Origin: an uncultured Gammaproteobacteria bacterium
GTDB taxonomy: Bacteria; Patescibacteriota; Patescibacteriia; Magasanikbacterales; JBBTQS01
Reading direction: 5' to 3'
Length of the DNA stretch: 64,000 nt
NCBI GenBank assembly: GCA_965230935.1
Contig: OZ246400.1
Location: 758,359-822,358 of the forward strand
This document shows positions 17,845 to 28,157 of the stretch, piece by piece (the stretch's first letter is position 1; the number at the start of each line of letters is the position of its first letter). The notes under the pieces are model-generated. The model ran no database searches and was not told the origin of the DNA. It worked only from the letters and a program-made list of their open reading frames with translations. Made by a program: the position numbers and the translations under genes.

Positions 17845-18298
17845 CACTCCTCCATCCACGGCAAAAGTGGCCGAGAATCCGCCAAACTGCGCGCCAACCG
17901 AGCGGTCAGAACGCTGGAAACTGTGCTCTCGACATGAGATGAACGAGGACGTCACCGGGGTGACCCATGTGCGCAGCATCGCTGCTCACGCGGGTCGTCC
18001 TGGACGAGGGGTGAGACTCGGCTGAGTCCCTGACGGTGTCCTCGGCTTATGTCCGCTCCGAACGTTCCTGTCCTACCAGGACGCGCCCAGGGCGACCTCC
18101 ACTCAACGGCTCTGACTGTCCAACCAGTCGGAGTCGTCTTTTGTTTTGGTCAAAACCGGGGCAGAGCATGGACTGCCAGCCCATGTCATTGTGATTCTTG
18201 TGTTGTGGGGTCGCGCAAGAAGAAACCGCGCCCCCGCCCAGTCCCAAGGGTAATGACCACCCATGAGAAGGACGGGGACGCGGTCCGCGAGTCTCAGC

Positions 18299-18718
18299 CT
18301 ACTTGTGTGGGAGCACTCCCTTGAGAGCCTCCACCGGGAGCAGGTTCTCGACTTCTCGTCGTGCGAGTAGGTAGAACCGGTTGCCGAGTTCCTTTTGCAG
18401 TCGTTTCTTGCGTTCGGCCTTCGCCTCTTCCTCGTCGCGGTCCATCACGACGAATGCGCGCGCACAAAGCCGCTTCACGGCAATACGCGCGGCATCACTA
18501 ACGTGGGCGTCGTCGAAGGACCAGTGCTCGACGTTCGCGCCGGCGTATTCCACGAAGGAGTAGTGCACGTCCTCGACCAAGCGTGGGGCGTCAGCGTGCG
18601 CCTGCTCGTACATGCGCAAGTACTGCCGTAGGTACTGTCGGTCCGTGACACCTTCGACCCAAATGGTGGCGCTGGAAAGGTAGACGGACGTGTTGCTGCC
18701 GACGTCAATTAATTTCAA
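18299..18718 (-). CDS. Standalone TOPRIM-like domain protein (OLD-family / DUF4435-like C-terminal nuclease module), probably a remnant
   Basis: Motifs IWVEGVTDRQYL and VVMDRDEE (DxD) with the C-terminal ENLLPVEAL match the Toprim core of OLD/AriB-like nucleases. At 139 aa it is too short for a complete protein of this family, and no ATPase partner ORF is adjacent. Confidence 0.45.
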   Translation of the reverse strand: MKLIDVGSNTSVYLSSATIWVEGVTDRQYLRQYLRMYEQAHADAPRLVEDVHYSFVEYAGANVEHWSFDDAHVSDAARIAVKRLCARAFVVMDRDEEEAKAERKKRLQKELGNRFYLLARREVENLLPVEALKGVLPHK

Positions 18719-18953
18719 GTAGCGCGCCTATGCCCTACGCAAAACCACAACTCAGCGAAGCACTCCTGCGCTTCTTCTACGGCGACATGCGCTTCGACAA
18801 ACTCACCATCGTGAAGATGACCGGCTGGGACCTCAAGGAGCTCGATGCTCTGCGCAGGCAAGCTGACATTCGCAAAGGGGAGCCAACGGCAGGGCCTCTT
18901 GAGTACGAACACCTGGACCAGCTCGCCACGCGAATCAGCGCCGCGCCACATTA

Positions 18954-19565
18954 CTACGGCAATCGTCGTGCTCCTTGGGTGCGCAGGAAATGGCACGAGA
19001 AGCTGCGCGCCATGGCGCTGGGCACCAGCCGGTCTTTGTCACCCTTCCCGTGACGAACCAGGATGGTGCGCTCCTCCAGGTTGACGTCGGCGCAGTCCAG
19101 CGCCAGCAGCTCACTACGTCGCAGGCCGGCGAAGATGAACAAGGAGAGCACGGCATGCGCGCGGTGCCCGGCGTAGTGGTACTTGTAGAGCTTGCGTACC
19201 ACTGAGAGCACCTGTCGTGCCTGCTGCGCTGTGAGGCTCTTGGGCAGGCTCTTGGGCAAACGCGGCTTCTCCAGGGCGCGCGCATAGTTCTTCCGCAGGA
19301 GCTTCTGCTTGATGCACCAGTCGAAAAAGGCAATCAGGCTCCTGCGGTACGTGAGGTAGGTGCGCACCTTCCAGGCGCCGGAGCTGCGGCCAAGCAGGAA
19401 GAAGGAGCGGACGTTCTTGTCCGTAATCTCGTGCAGGTACGTAGTGCCAGCGCACTTGGCATACAGGCGCACGCCTTGGCGGTAGCGCGTGATGGTGGCG
19501 CCTGAGAGCGCACGGAAGTTGATGGCCTCGTCGCAGAACGTACGAAGCGCCTGGTCAATGGTCAT
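18954..19565 (-). CDS. Tyrosine recombinase/integrase, C-terminally truncated and probably inactive
   Basis: The N-terminal SAM-like core-binding region and catalytic box I (FAGLRRSELLAL) are present, as is the beta-hairpin with catalytic Lys (RHGKGDKDRLVPS). The ORF then ends after about 30 residues in a double stop (TAG TAA), with no HxxR-H/W-Y catalytic region in any frame downstream. It lies adjacent to the tRNA-Gly 3' end. Confidence 0.7.
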   Translation of the reverse strand: MTIDQALRTFCDEAINFRALSGATITRYRQGVRLYAKCAGTTYLHEITDKNVRSFFLLGRSSGAWKVRTYLTYRRSLIAFFDWCIKQKLLRKNYARALEKPRLPKSLPKSLTAQQARQVLSVVRKLYKYHYAGHRAHAVLSLFIFAGLRRSELLALDCADVNLEERTILVRHGKGDKDRLVPSAMARSFSCHFLRTQGARRLP

Positions 19566-19750
19566 AGGGGTTGGAGTTAGTCCTGCGCAAAGCTCTTAGC
19601 TTGCGTCAGCTCCTCCATGCTAGCGGCATCATCTGCGTACCGGAAGTGCCGAGAGTGCCTTTGGGTGTCCACAGCGAGAACACAAAAGGCAGGGTTCCTT
19701 TGGGAATCCTGCCTAGATTTAGCGCAAAAATGGGCGCATGAATCTGTGTT

Positions 19751-19826
19751 TGGAGCGGCAAACCGGGTTCGAACCGGCGACCTCATCCTTGGCAAGGATG
19801 CGCTCTACCAACTGAGCTATTGCCGC
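19751..19826 (-). tRNA. tRNA-Gly, anticodon GCC, with encoded CCA
   Basis: The reverse complement reads GCGGCAATAGCTCAGTTGGTAGAGCGCATCCTTGCCAAGGATGAGGTCGCCGGTTCGAACCCGGTTTGCCGCTCCA, a canonical 76-nt cloverleaf with anticodon loop TTGCCAA. Confidence 0.95.
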
Positions 19827-19876
19827 GGACCGCTAGGCGCCCCTATCATAGCAAAGGCGCCCAATCGTATCAAGCG

Positions 19877-20734
19877 TTATTCAATTACAATCTCTTTTGT
19901 TTCGACCAGTGGTTTTCCAGAGAGTTCGTCCTCAAGCTCACCTTCTTGTTCGTATACTTCTGCGGTAATGGTCTGCGCGTCTTCCCATGTAATCGTTACT
20001 CGGCTTTGTGGATACCCAACACCGGCATTAAACGTCTGGCTTGTTGGGAGTGAAAGGACAGTTGCGATACTGTTTTCAATCGCATCAAACACCCATAGTG
20101 TGGTTGCGCTTCCTGCACCATCACCTTCCTGGTCAGTATTTACAAATACACTGTGGCGTTTGTCTGGTGCATGAGAAACTTCTAGATTGATTGCTCCGTC
20201 AGTGGTAATGATCTCAGTCAAATCTTCCACTTGGCTCATCGTATTGGTCGTTGCATCAAACACCCAGAGATCGAGTGGTGAAGTTTTTTCATCTGCGCCA
20301 CTTCCAGTAAAAACACGCCAAAATGCAATTTTGCCTTCAGTAGAAAATACAGCGTGTTCAAGATATGCCACATCGTCTTCTTCCTCTTGTGCTAACTCAC
20401 GCACACTCTCCACAAGCACTTCTTCAACACCGGCTTGGGTGTCAGTACGCAATACTTGTGTATCGTCGTCGGTGCGTTCTACTTTATAGATAAACTTAGA
20501 GAATTGTGACAGTGCTTCTTTTTGCTCGGCACTTTCTTCTTTAAGATTGGTCAGCTCACTTTCCAATTGGCTAACTTTGTTTTGCAACAGTTGTGATGAT
20601 TCTTCAAGATCATCTTGATTGCGCTCGAGTCCGCTTTTGGTATAAAAGCTTGCGCCAAATACCACGATTAACACCAAAACAATAAATCCAATAATCATTC
20701 CTGATGAATTGGATGGTTCCTTTTTGCTTGCCAT
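19877..20734 (-). CDS. Hypothetical membrane-anchored protein with an N-terminal TM helix, a coiled-coil segment and an acidic C-terminal half
   Basis: 285-aa ORF starting MASKKEPSNSSGMIIGFIVLVLIVVFGA, followed by the heptad-like segment LEESSQLLQNKVSQLESELTNLKEES. Confidence 0.5.
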   Translation of the reverse strand: MASKKEPSNSSGMIIGFIVLVLIVVFGASFYTKSGLERNQDDLEESSQLLQNKVSQLESELTNLKEESAEQKEALSQFSKFIYKVERTDDDTQVLRTDTQAGVEEVLVESVRELAQEEEDDVAYLEHAVFSTEGKIAFWRVFTGSGADEKTSPLDLWVFDATTNTMSQVEDLTEIITTDGAINLEVSHAPDKRHSVFVNTDQEGDGAGSATTLWVFDAIENSIATVLSLPTSQTFNAGVGYPQSRVTITWEDAQTITAEVYEQEGELEDELSGKPLVETKEIVIE

Positions 20735-20737
20735 AGA

Positions 20738-21418
20738 TTATACAAGATGATTAATGATGACTCCTGGGCCCATGGTGCTGCTCAAGGTGACTTTTTTGAT
20801 AAATGTTCCTTTTGCCTTGGCTGGTTTTGATTTGCTAATCGCTTCGATGATCGTGGTGATGTTTTCGCCCAGTTTATCTTTACCAAAAGAAATTTTACCA
20901 ACACCCAGATGAATGTTTGCCGTATCGTCATTTTTAAACGCCACTTTTCCTTTTTTCAACTCTTCAATTGCTTTGGCAAAGTCGGGTGTAACGGTATCGT
21001 TTTTTGGGTTTGGCATCAGCCCACGGGTGCCAAGGGTTTTTGCAATCGGTGCGAGCTTTGGCATCATCTCCGGAACTGCTACCGCCACATCAAAGTCAGT
21101 TTTTTGAGATTTTTTAATATCTTCGATAAGCTCCTCAGCTCCGGCGATGTCAGCTCCGGCAGCTTGCGCGTCTTTTATTTTATTTTCCGGAACAAAACAA
21201 ACCACGCGTGTGGTTTTTCCGGTTCCGTGTGGCAACGTTGCGGTTCCGCGAACCTGTTGCTCAGTTTTTTTCGGGTCAATGCCCAGGCGAAAATGAATCT
21301 CAACTGATTCATCAAATTTGGCATTACTCATGCTCATCAACAGATCGATTCCCTCGGCAATACTGTAGGTACGATCTTTTTTTACTTGTGCTTGGAGGGC
21401 ACGATGGCGTTTTCCCAT
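20738..21418 (-). CDS. rplA: 50S ribosomal protein L1
   Basis: Conserved L1 core (QVRGTATLPHGTGKTTRVVCF, RGLMPNPK). The start is assigned to the ATG at 21418 (MGKRHRAL...), because the longer ORF begins with TTG at 21454. Confidence 0.9.
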   Translation of the reverse strand: MGKRHRALQAQVKKDRTYSIAEGIDLLMSMSNAKFDESVEIHFRLGIDPKKTEQQVRGTATLPHGTGKTTRVVCFVPENKIKDAQAAGADIAGAEELIEDIKKSQKTDFDVAVAVPEMMPKLAPIAKTLGTRGLMPNPKNDTVTPDFAKAIEELKKGKVAFKNDDTANIHLGVGKISFGKDKLGENITTIIEAISKSKPAKAKGTFIKKVTLSSTMGPGVIINHLV

Positions 21419-21584
21419 ATATGTGTGATTACGTGGTGCAAATGTCTGCGTCAACAGACTCCCACATGATTAATGTGGTTGTATGGTAGGGGAAAATGGC
21501 AAAATTGTCAAGGGAAGTAATATCGGGAAAAAGCATACAACAGACCTGGTGGCCTGCTGCGCGTTGTATGTTGGTTGTTGGTGA

Positions 21585-21971
21585 TCAGCCGCCACCGGTG
21601 CCGGCGCCAGTCCGTGGGACGGACCGCATCACCGAGGCGCCCTCGCGAGCCGTTTCCTCGCCGTCTGGCGAATCTTGTTCAGCTGCGTCAGCGCGCTGCA
21701 ATGCCTCGCGAAGGAGGGTAACGGCGCTTTTGGCAAGGCCAGAGGTTTGGCACAGCCTCTGCAGACGCGTGTCCAGTCGCAGAATCGCCCAGACCAGCTC
21801 CCGCTGCTCACGATCGAGCGGAGCTCGGCTCAAGATGATCGCCGCGACTTCGCACGCGCGATCACTGTGCCCATGGCCTGCGAGCGCTTGGGCAAGCCCG
21901 CGGTCGTGCTCGTGGTCTCCGCTAAGTGCGGCGAGCATGAGCTCGAAGAGTGGTTTTTTCGGTGGTGGCAC
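21585..21971 (-). CDS. Hypothetical protein encoded on a GC-rich ~0.5-kb insertion between rplA and rplK
   Basis: The 21.5-22.0 kb segment is about 65% GC, and this 128-aa helical ORF is in the same orientation as the operon. The overlapping plus-strand ORF looks spurious. Coding status is uncertain. Confidence 0.3.
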   Translation of the reverse strand: MPPPKKPLFELMLAALSGDHEHDRGLAQALAGHGHSDRACEVAAIILSRAPLDREQRELVWAILRLDTRLQRLCQTSGLAKSAVTLLREALQRADAAEQDSPDGEETAREGASVMRSVPRTGAGTGGG

Positions 21972-22057
21972 CTATCATTACCCCCGTTGTTTTGGTTGCC
22001 GCATGAAAGTAACGTGGCTTGAAGGTAGCACGGTATGCGGCATTCGTCAATATCAAA

Positions 22058-22082
22058 AACACCCCGGGAGCTCCGGGGTGTT
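22058..22082 (-). terminator. Near-perfect palindromic hairpin immediately downstream of rplK, with a T-run on the minus strand
   Basis: ACACCCCGGGAGCTCCGGGGTGT followed by GTTTTTGATATTG on the minus strand. Confidence 0.55.
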
Positions 22083-22094
22083 GCGTGAGTGAAA

Positions 22095-22517
22095 TTATTT
22101 TACTTCAAGTCCCATCTGTCGTGCGGTGCCTTCGACGATCTTCATTGCCGCCTCGATATCATTGGCATTAAGGTCCGGCATTTTAATCTCAGCAATTTCT
22201 TTTACCTGTGCTTTGGTCACCGAACCACACTTTTCAGTAAGTGGTTTACCAGATCCTTTTTTCAGCCCGGCCGCTTTGAGCAACAATTTAGCTGCTGGAG
22301 GAGTTTTAAGAATAAAGTCGAATGAGCGGTCGTCGTACACACTAATTTCAACCGGAACAACATTTCCCATTTGATCTTTGGTCGCGTTGTTGAATTGGGT
22401 ACAAAAGTCTTGAATCGGAAGACCGTGTTGTCCCAATGCTGGACCAACTGGAGGTGCTGGATTTGCTTTTCCAGCCTGGATTTGGAGTTTGATTTTAGTC
22501 AATAATTCTTTTGCCAT
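22095..22517 (-). CDS. rplK: 50S ribosomal protein L11
   Basis: Starts [32 protein letters not shown]; a typical L11. Confidence 0.95.
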   Translation of the reverse strand: MAKELLTKIKLQIQAGKANPAPPVGPALGQHGLPIQDFCTQFNNATKDQMGNVVPVEISVYDDRSFDFILKTPPAAKLLLKAAGLKKGSGKPLTEKCGSVTKAQVKEIAEIKMPDLNANDIEAAMKIVEGTARQMGLEVK

Positions 22518-22550
22518 AGAGGTTTTGGTATCAGTGGGCAGTAGTGTAGC

Positions 22551-23102
22551 CTAAATCTTCTTAATTTGCAAGAAGTCGAGCTCAACCGGAGTTTCGCGGC
22601 CAAACATAGAGACCAGCACCTTGATTTTCCCGCGCGCTTCGTCAACTGCAGAAACTTTGCCTTCCATACTCTTGAATGGTCCATCGATAATAGTAACCGG
22701 AGCGCCAATCGTGACATCAACCGCATGGGTTGGTTCTTCAACACTCATGCGTTTCATGAGAACATCGATTTCTTTTTTATCCACTGGTGTTGGAGTGGTT
22801 CCAGAACCAACGAATCCGGTTACATTTGGTGTGTTGCGAACCACATACCATGAATCATCAGTCACAATCATCTCCACCATGACGTATCCGGGGAAAATCT
22901 TTTCTTCAACTTTGATACGCTTTCCGTTTCGGATTTTGATTTTTTTCTCTTTAGGAACCAGGACAGCAAAAATTTTGTCCTCCATAGAGTACGACTCGAT
23001 GCGTTGCTCCAGGTTGCGTTTAACATTTTCTTCATACCCAGAGTAGGTGTGGAGTACATACCATCGACGACCAAGTTTTTGCGTTAAGGCTTGCTTTGCC
23101 AT
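22551..23102 (-). CDS. nusG: Transcription termination/antitermination factor NusG
   Basis: NGN domain (WYVLHTYSGYEENV) and KOW motif; gene order secE-nusG-rplK. Confidence 0.9.
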   Translation of the reverse strand: MAKQALTQKLGRRWYVLHTYSGYEENVKRNLEQRIESYSMEDKIFAVLVPKEKKIKIRNGKRIKVEEKIFPGYVMVEMIVTDDSWYVVRNTPNVTGFVGSGTTPTPVDKKEIDVLMKRMSVEEPTHAVDVTIGAPVTIIDGPFKSMEGKVSAVDEARGKIKVLVSMFGRETPVELDFLQIKKI

Positions 23103-23122
23103 AGAAGTAAAATAACGAACGA

Positions 23123-23305
23123 TTAAATGAGAATGCGGATAGCATTACTAAAGACGTAATCCAAAATTGCAAAAAATACAGCGATTGCAGCGGTCATAAC
23201 CACCACCACAATGGTGTGGTTGATGAGCTGATTCTTGGTTGGCCAGGTAACCTTTTTAGATTCCTCAGTAGCCTCTTTAAGATACTTGATAAGTGCATTT
23301 GCCAT
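23123..23305 (-). CDS. secE: Preprotein translocase subunit SecE
   Basis: 60 aa with a single C-terminal TM helix; conserved position upstream of nusG. Confidence 0.8.
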   Translation of the reverse strand: MANALIKYLKEATEESKKVTWPTKNQLINHTIVVVVMTAAIAVFFAILDYVFSNAIRILI

Positions 23306-23429
23306 ACTGTGGCGAAAATTAAGTTTTCAAAAAAGGCCTTTTGGCCTCGATTGACTAGAGTATAGCATAAGGGAAGTGGTTGTCAAGTGGCTTGCATTCT
23401 CCTTACAGCCCTGAGACAATATCTCTATT

Positions 23430-24560
23430 ATGGGAATATGGACGAAAAAATCATATCGAAGTTATAACACGCTTCGGATCTCAAAAAGTCAATTACAGGC
23501 AAATTATACTGCACTGCAAGCACTGGCTCCGGATAAACAGCTCGGCGTGATTTTGAAAAGTAATGCCTATGGACACGGTATTCCTCAAGTGCTCGAGGTC
23601 TGTAATGGGCTCCAAGTTCCGTACGTGATTGTTGACAGCACTTACGAGGCGCTGGTGTGCCAAGATGCCGGAGCAACAGTGCCAATACTCGTAATGGGGT
23701 TTACGGCGCAAGAGAACTTGGCAACAAAAAAGTACCCATTCTCATTTGTAGCAAACGATGAGCGAACACTCAACGACTTGGTTGAGTATCAATCACACGC
23801 TCCTTTGCATATCTTTATTAATACCGGAATGAATCGGGAAGGGTTTGGGGTAACACAAGTTCCGTGGTTGATTGAATTTTTTAAAAGGCACCAACATATT
23901 AATTGGGAAGGGGTAATGTCTCATTTTGCGCAAGCAGATGTTGAACCTGAATCGGAATCATGTCGTGCGCAAAAACAAGCGTTTGCAAATGTGATTGAAC
24001 AATTTGCCGCAGCGGGGATTAATTTTCGCTATGCCCACATCGATGCTGCGCCAAGCGTGATTCATCAGCGCCAGGCCCCTGGAAATTTTGCTCGAATCGG
24101 AAAAGCGTTTTATGGTGTTGCCGATTCAGCGCAAGAATACCAGAAGTTTTATCATATGGTTTCTCCTGCGCTTGAATTTGTTTCTACCATCGTTAGTGTG
24201 TATGACGTAAAACAAGGAGATGAGATTGGCTATGGTGGTGCATATCATGCGCAGCGTAACATGAAAGTCGCACTGATCCCTGCTGGATATCAAGAAGGAG
24301 TTTCGCGAGAGCTTAGCAATCGTGGCGTGATGCTTGTGCGTGGAAAACAATGTCCAATTGTTGGGCGTGTGAGCATGAATTACACCTCAATTGATGTAAG
24401 TGGTGTTGAAGGAGTCGCAGTAGATGATGAAGTAATTGTATATAGTAAGAATCCAGAGGATCCCAACTCAATGATGAATGTGAGTACTATGTGCGATACC
24501 ATCCCCCATGAGATGATGGTACGCATGGATAGCAGTGTGCGAAGAGTAATAATTGACTAA
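23430..24560 (+). CDS. alr: Alanine racemase
   Basis: PLP-binding motif VLKSNAYGHG and an overall alanine racemase N- and C-domain pattern. Confidence 0.85.
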   Translation: MGIWTKKSYRSYNTLRISKSQLQANYTALQALAPDKQLGVILKSNAYGHGIPQVLEVCNGLQVPYVIVDSTYEALVCQDAGATVPILVMGFTAQENLATKKYPFSFVANDERTLNDLVEYQSHAPLHIFINTGMNREGFGVTQVPWLIEFFKRHQHINWEGVMSHFAQADVEPESESCRAQKQAFANVIEQFAAAGINFRYAHIDAAPSVIHQRQAPGNFARIGKAFYGVADSAQEYQKFYHMVSPALEFVSTIVSVYDVKQGDEIGYGGAYHAQRNMKVALIPAGYQEGVSRELSNRGVMLVRGKQCPIVGRVSMNYTSIDVSGVEGVAVDDEVIVYSKNPEDPNSMMNVSTMCDTIPHEMMVRMDSSVRRVIID

Positions 24561-24615
24561 AACAAAACATCACACAAATATGATTGGTGATGTCTTGTTT
24601 GATCTTGTTTTTCGT

Positions 24616-25029
24616 TTAAAGAAAATCTTCGATTGCCTTCGCCTCTTCGTATGTTTGTGTTTTTGAATACATTTGCGCCAAGCTTTCTGCGCGTGCAGCA
24701 GCTTCCTCAATCGAATCCATAAGGGGGAGATCTTCAAAACCCCCAATGTCGCCCAGTGAGTTGTATTGATCACTTGCGACTGCTGGCTTAAATTTGCCAT
24801 CTACTTCTTTAACCAAGGGCACCACTTCGCTCTTATCATCGCTGTTGATCCAACTTGGCTTGCTGAATTTGGTGTCACTAACAAAAAGTCCAGCAGTGTC
24901 GCCATGATGCCAGCCCATTTCCTGGAGCTTAGCCGTTTGTGCGTCTACCGGTTGCTCTGCTGCTTGCTCAGCTTGATGCGCTTGGTAAGCGGCATCATTT
25001 CCTCCCTCTGTTTTTGATGTTCCTTCCAT
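24616..25029 (-). CDS. Hypothetical acidic protein
   Basis: 137-aa ORF with no recognised motif. Confidence 0.4.
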   Translation of the reverse strand: MEGTSKTEGGNDAAYQAHQAEQAAEQPVDAQTAKLQEMGWHHGDTAGLFVSDTKFSKPSWINSDDKSEVVPLVKEVDGKFKPAVASDQYNSLGDIGGFEDLPLMDSIEEAAARAESLAQMYSKTQTYEEAKAIEDFL

Positions 25030-25040
25030 AGATTGTGTAA

Positions 25041-27128
<2,088 letters not shown>

Positions 27129-27233
27129 TCAGAAAAATACTACGCACCTAGTTTAGCATTTTGAGCTGTGTTTGGCAACCGGTTTTGCCTGGGTTTTTTT
27201 GCACAAATAGCGTATAATTGACATACATTTTCT

Positions 27234-28136
27234 ATGGCAAAAGAGCGTGAAACATTTGAACAGTATCGACCAGTGAACGAACATAGTTTGAGTACTCGCC
27301 AACTCAAGTGGGGTGAGTGGTGGTTGCGTCGCAAAGCGGGATTTCGCTACACGTTTGTAGGGATATTACTTTTGATTGGTGTTGGTGGAATTGGCTATGG
27401 TCTTTTTTCGATTGGGTATTATTTTGCTGTGGGACAAGACCAAGAGGCAGTAGAGACCAAGCATTTTTTGCGCTCCAAAGTTCCGTTTAGTTTGTATCAT
27501 GAAAAACTTGCGCCAAGTAATCCCACCTTTCAAAAAGTGAATGTGTTGCGTGGCACTGATGATTTGTATGATTTTGTGACCATTGCAGTTAATGACAATA
27601 CCGATTGGTATGTGGAGATCGAATACAGTTTTGTCTTTGATTCGCGGGAGACGCCAAGTGAGACGATTATGCTTTTACCTGGGCAAGAAAGCATTGTGGC
27701 GCATCTTGGGTATGAGACGGTTCAGCGGCCGGGCAATGCCATCATCGATGTTAAGCATGTACGGTGGTATCATGTCTCAGCACACTTGGCTCCTGACCCG
27801 GTTGATTATGTTCAAGAGCACAGTAATGTTGAAGTGCGTAATGTGCAGTTGATTACCGCGAGTACTGATCAAGAATCGGATTCGGTTCAAGCACATCGGG
27901 CCTTATTTACGCTCCAAAACAACACCGCGTACAATTTTTGGAGTGTGCCGATGTATGTATTGTTTAAAAATGGTTCGGTGTTGAAAGCGATTGAGCGCAC
28001 AGAGGTGACACAGCTTAAAAGTGGCGAGATCCGGGATATTGATGTACGCTTGTTGCAACCAGGACTCAAGGTAAATAATCTGGAAATCTATAGTTATATT
28101 CCGGTCTTTGACGATACTATTTATATGGATCAATAG
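27234..28136 (+). CDS. Hypothetical membrane-anchored protein
   Basis: 300-aa ORF with one N-terminal TM helix; no recognised family. Confidence 0.45.
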   Translation: MAKERETFEQYRPVNEHSLSTRQLKWGEWWLRRKAGFRYTFVGILLLIGVGGIGYGLFSIGYYFAVGQDQEAVETKHFLRSKVPFSLYHEKLAPSNPTFQKVNVLRGTDDLYDFVTIAVNDNTDWYVEIEYSFVFDSRETPSETIMLLPGQESIVAHLGYETVQRPGNAIIDVKHVRWYHVSAHLAPDPVDYVQEHSNVEVRNVQLITASTDQESDSVQAHRALFTLQNNTAYNFWSVPMYVLFKNGSVLKAIERTEVTQLKSGEIRDIDVRLLQPGLKVNNLEIYSYIPVFDDTIYMDQ

Positions 28137-28157
28137 TTGTATGCAGGATAGACCACT

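Larger units (their letters stand above)
16968..19750 (-). mobile_element. GC-rich integrated element B (proximal) at tRNA-Gly. It carries a truncated tyrosine integrase, an XRE regulator, a TOPRIM-like remnant and a promoter-driven noncoding region.
   Basis: Flanked by the intact tRNA-Gly (19751-19826) and the att repeat at 16922-16967. GC is about 60%. The integrase gene abuts the tRNA. Confidence 0.75.

Noticed and set aside
18715-19053. Overlapping ORFs (plus 18730-19053, minus 18715-18996) that could encode the missing integrase C-terminus after a frameshift.
   Set aside because: Neither translation contains HxxR or a catalytic Tyr context. High-GC DNA generates long spurious ORFs.
21496-22092. 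The 198-aa plus-strand ORF across the rplA-rplK insert.
   Set aside because: It is Arg/Ser/Ala-rich, as expected for a spurious frame in 65% GC DNA. The minus-strand ORF has more protein-like composition, but even that is low confidence.
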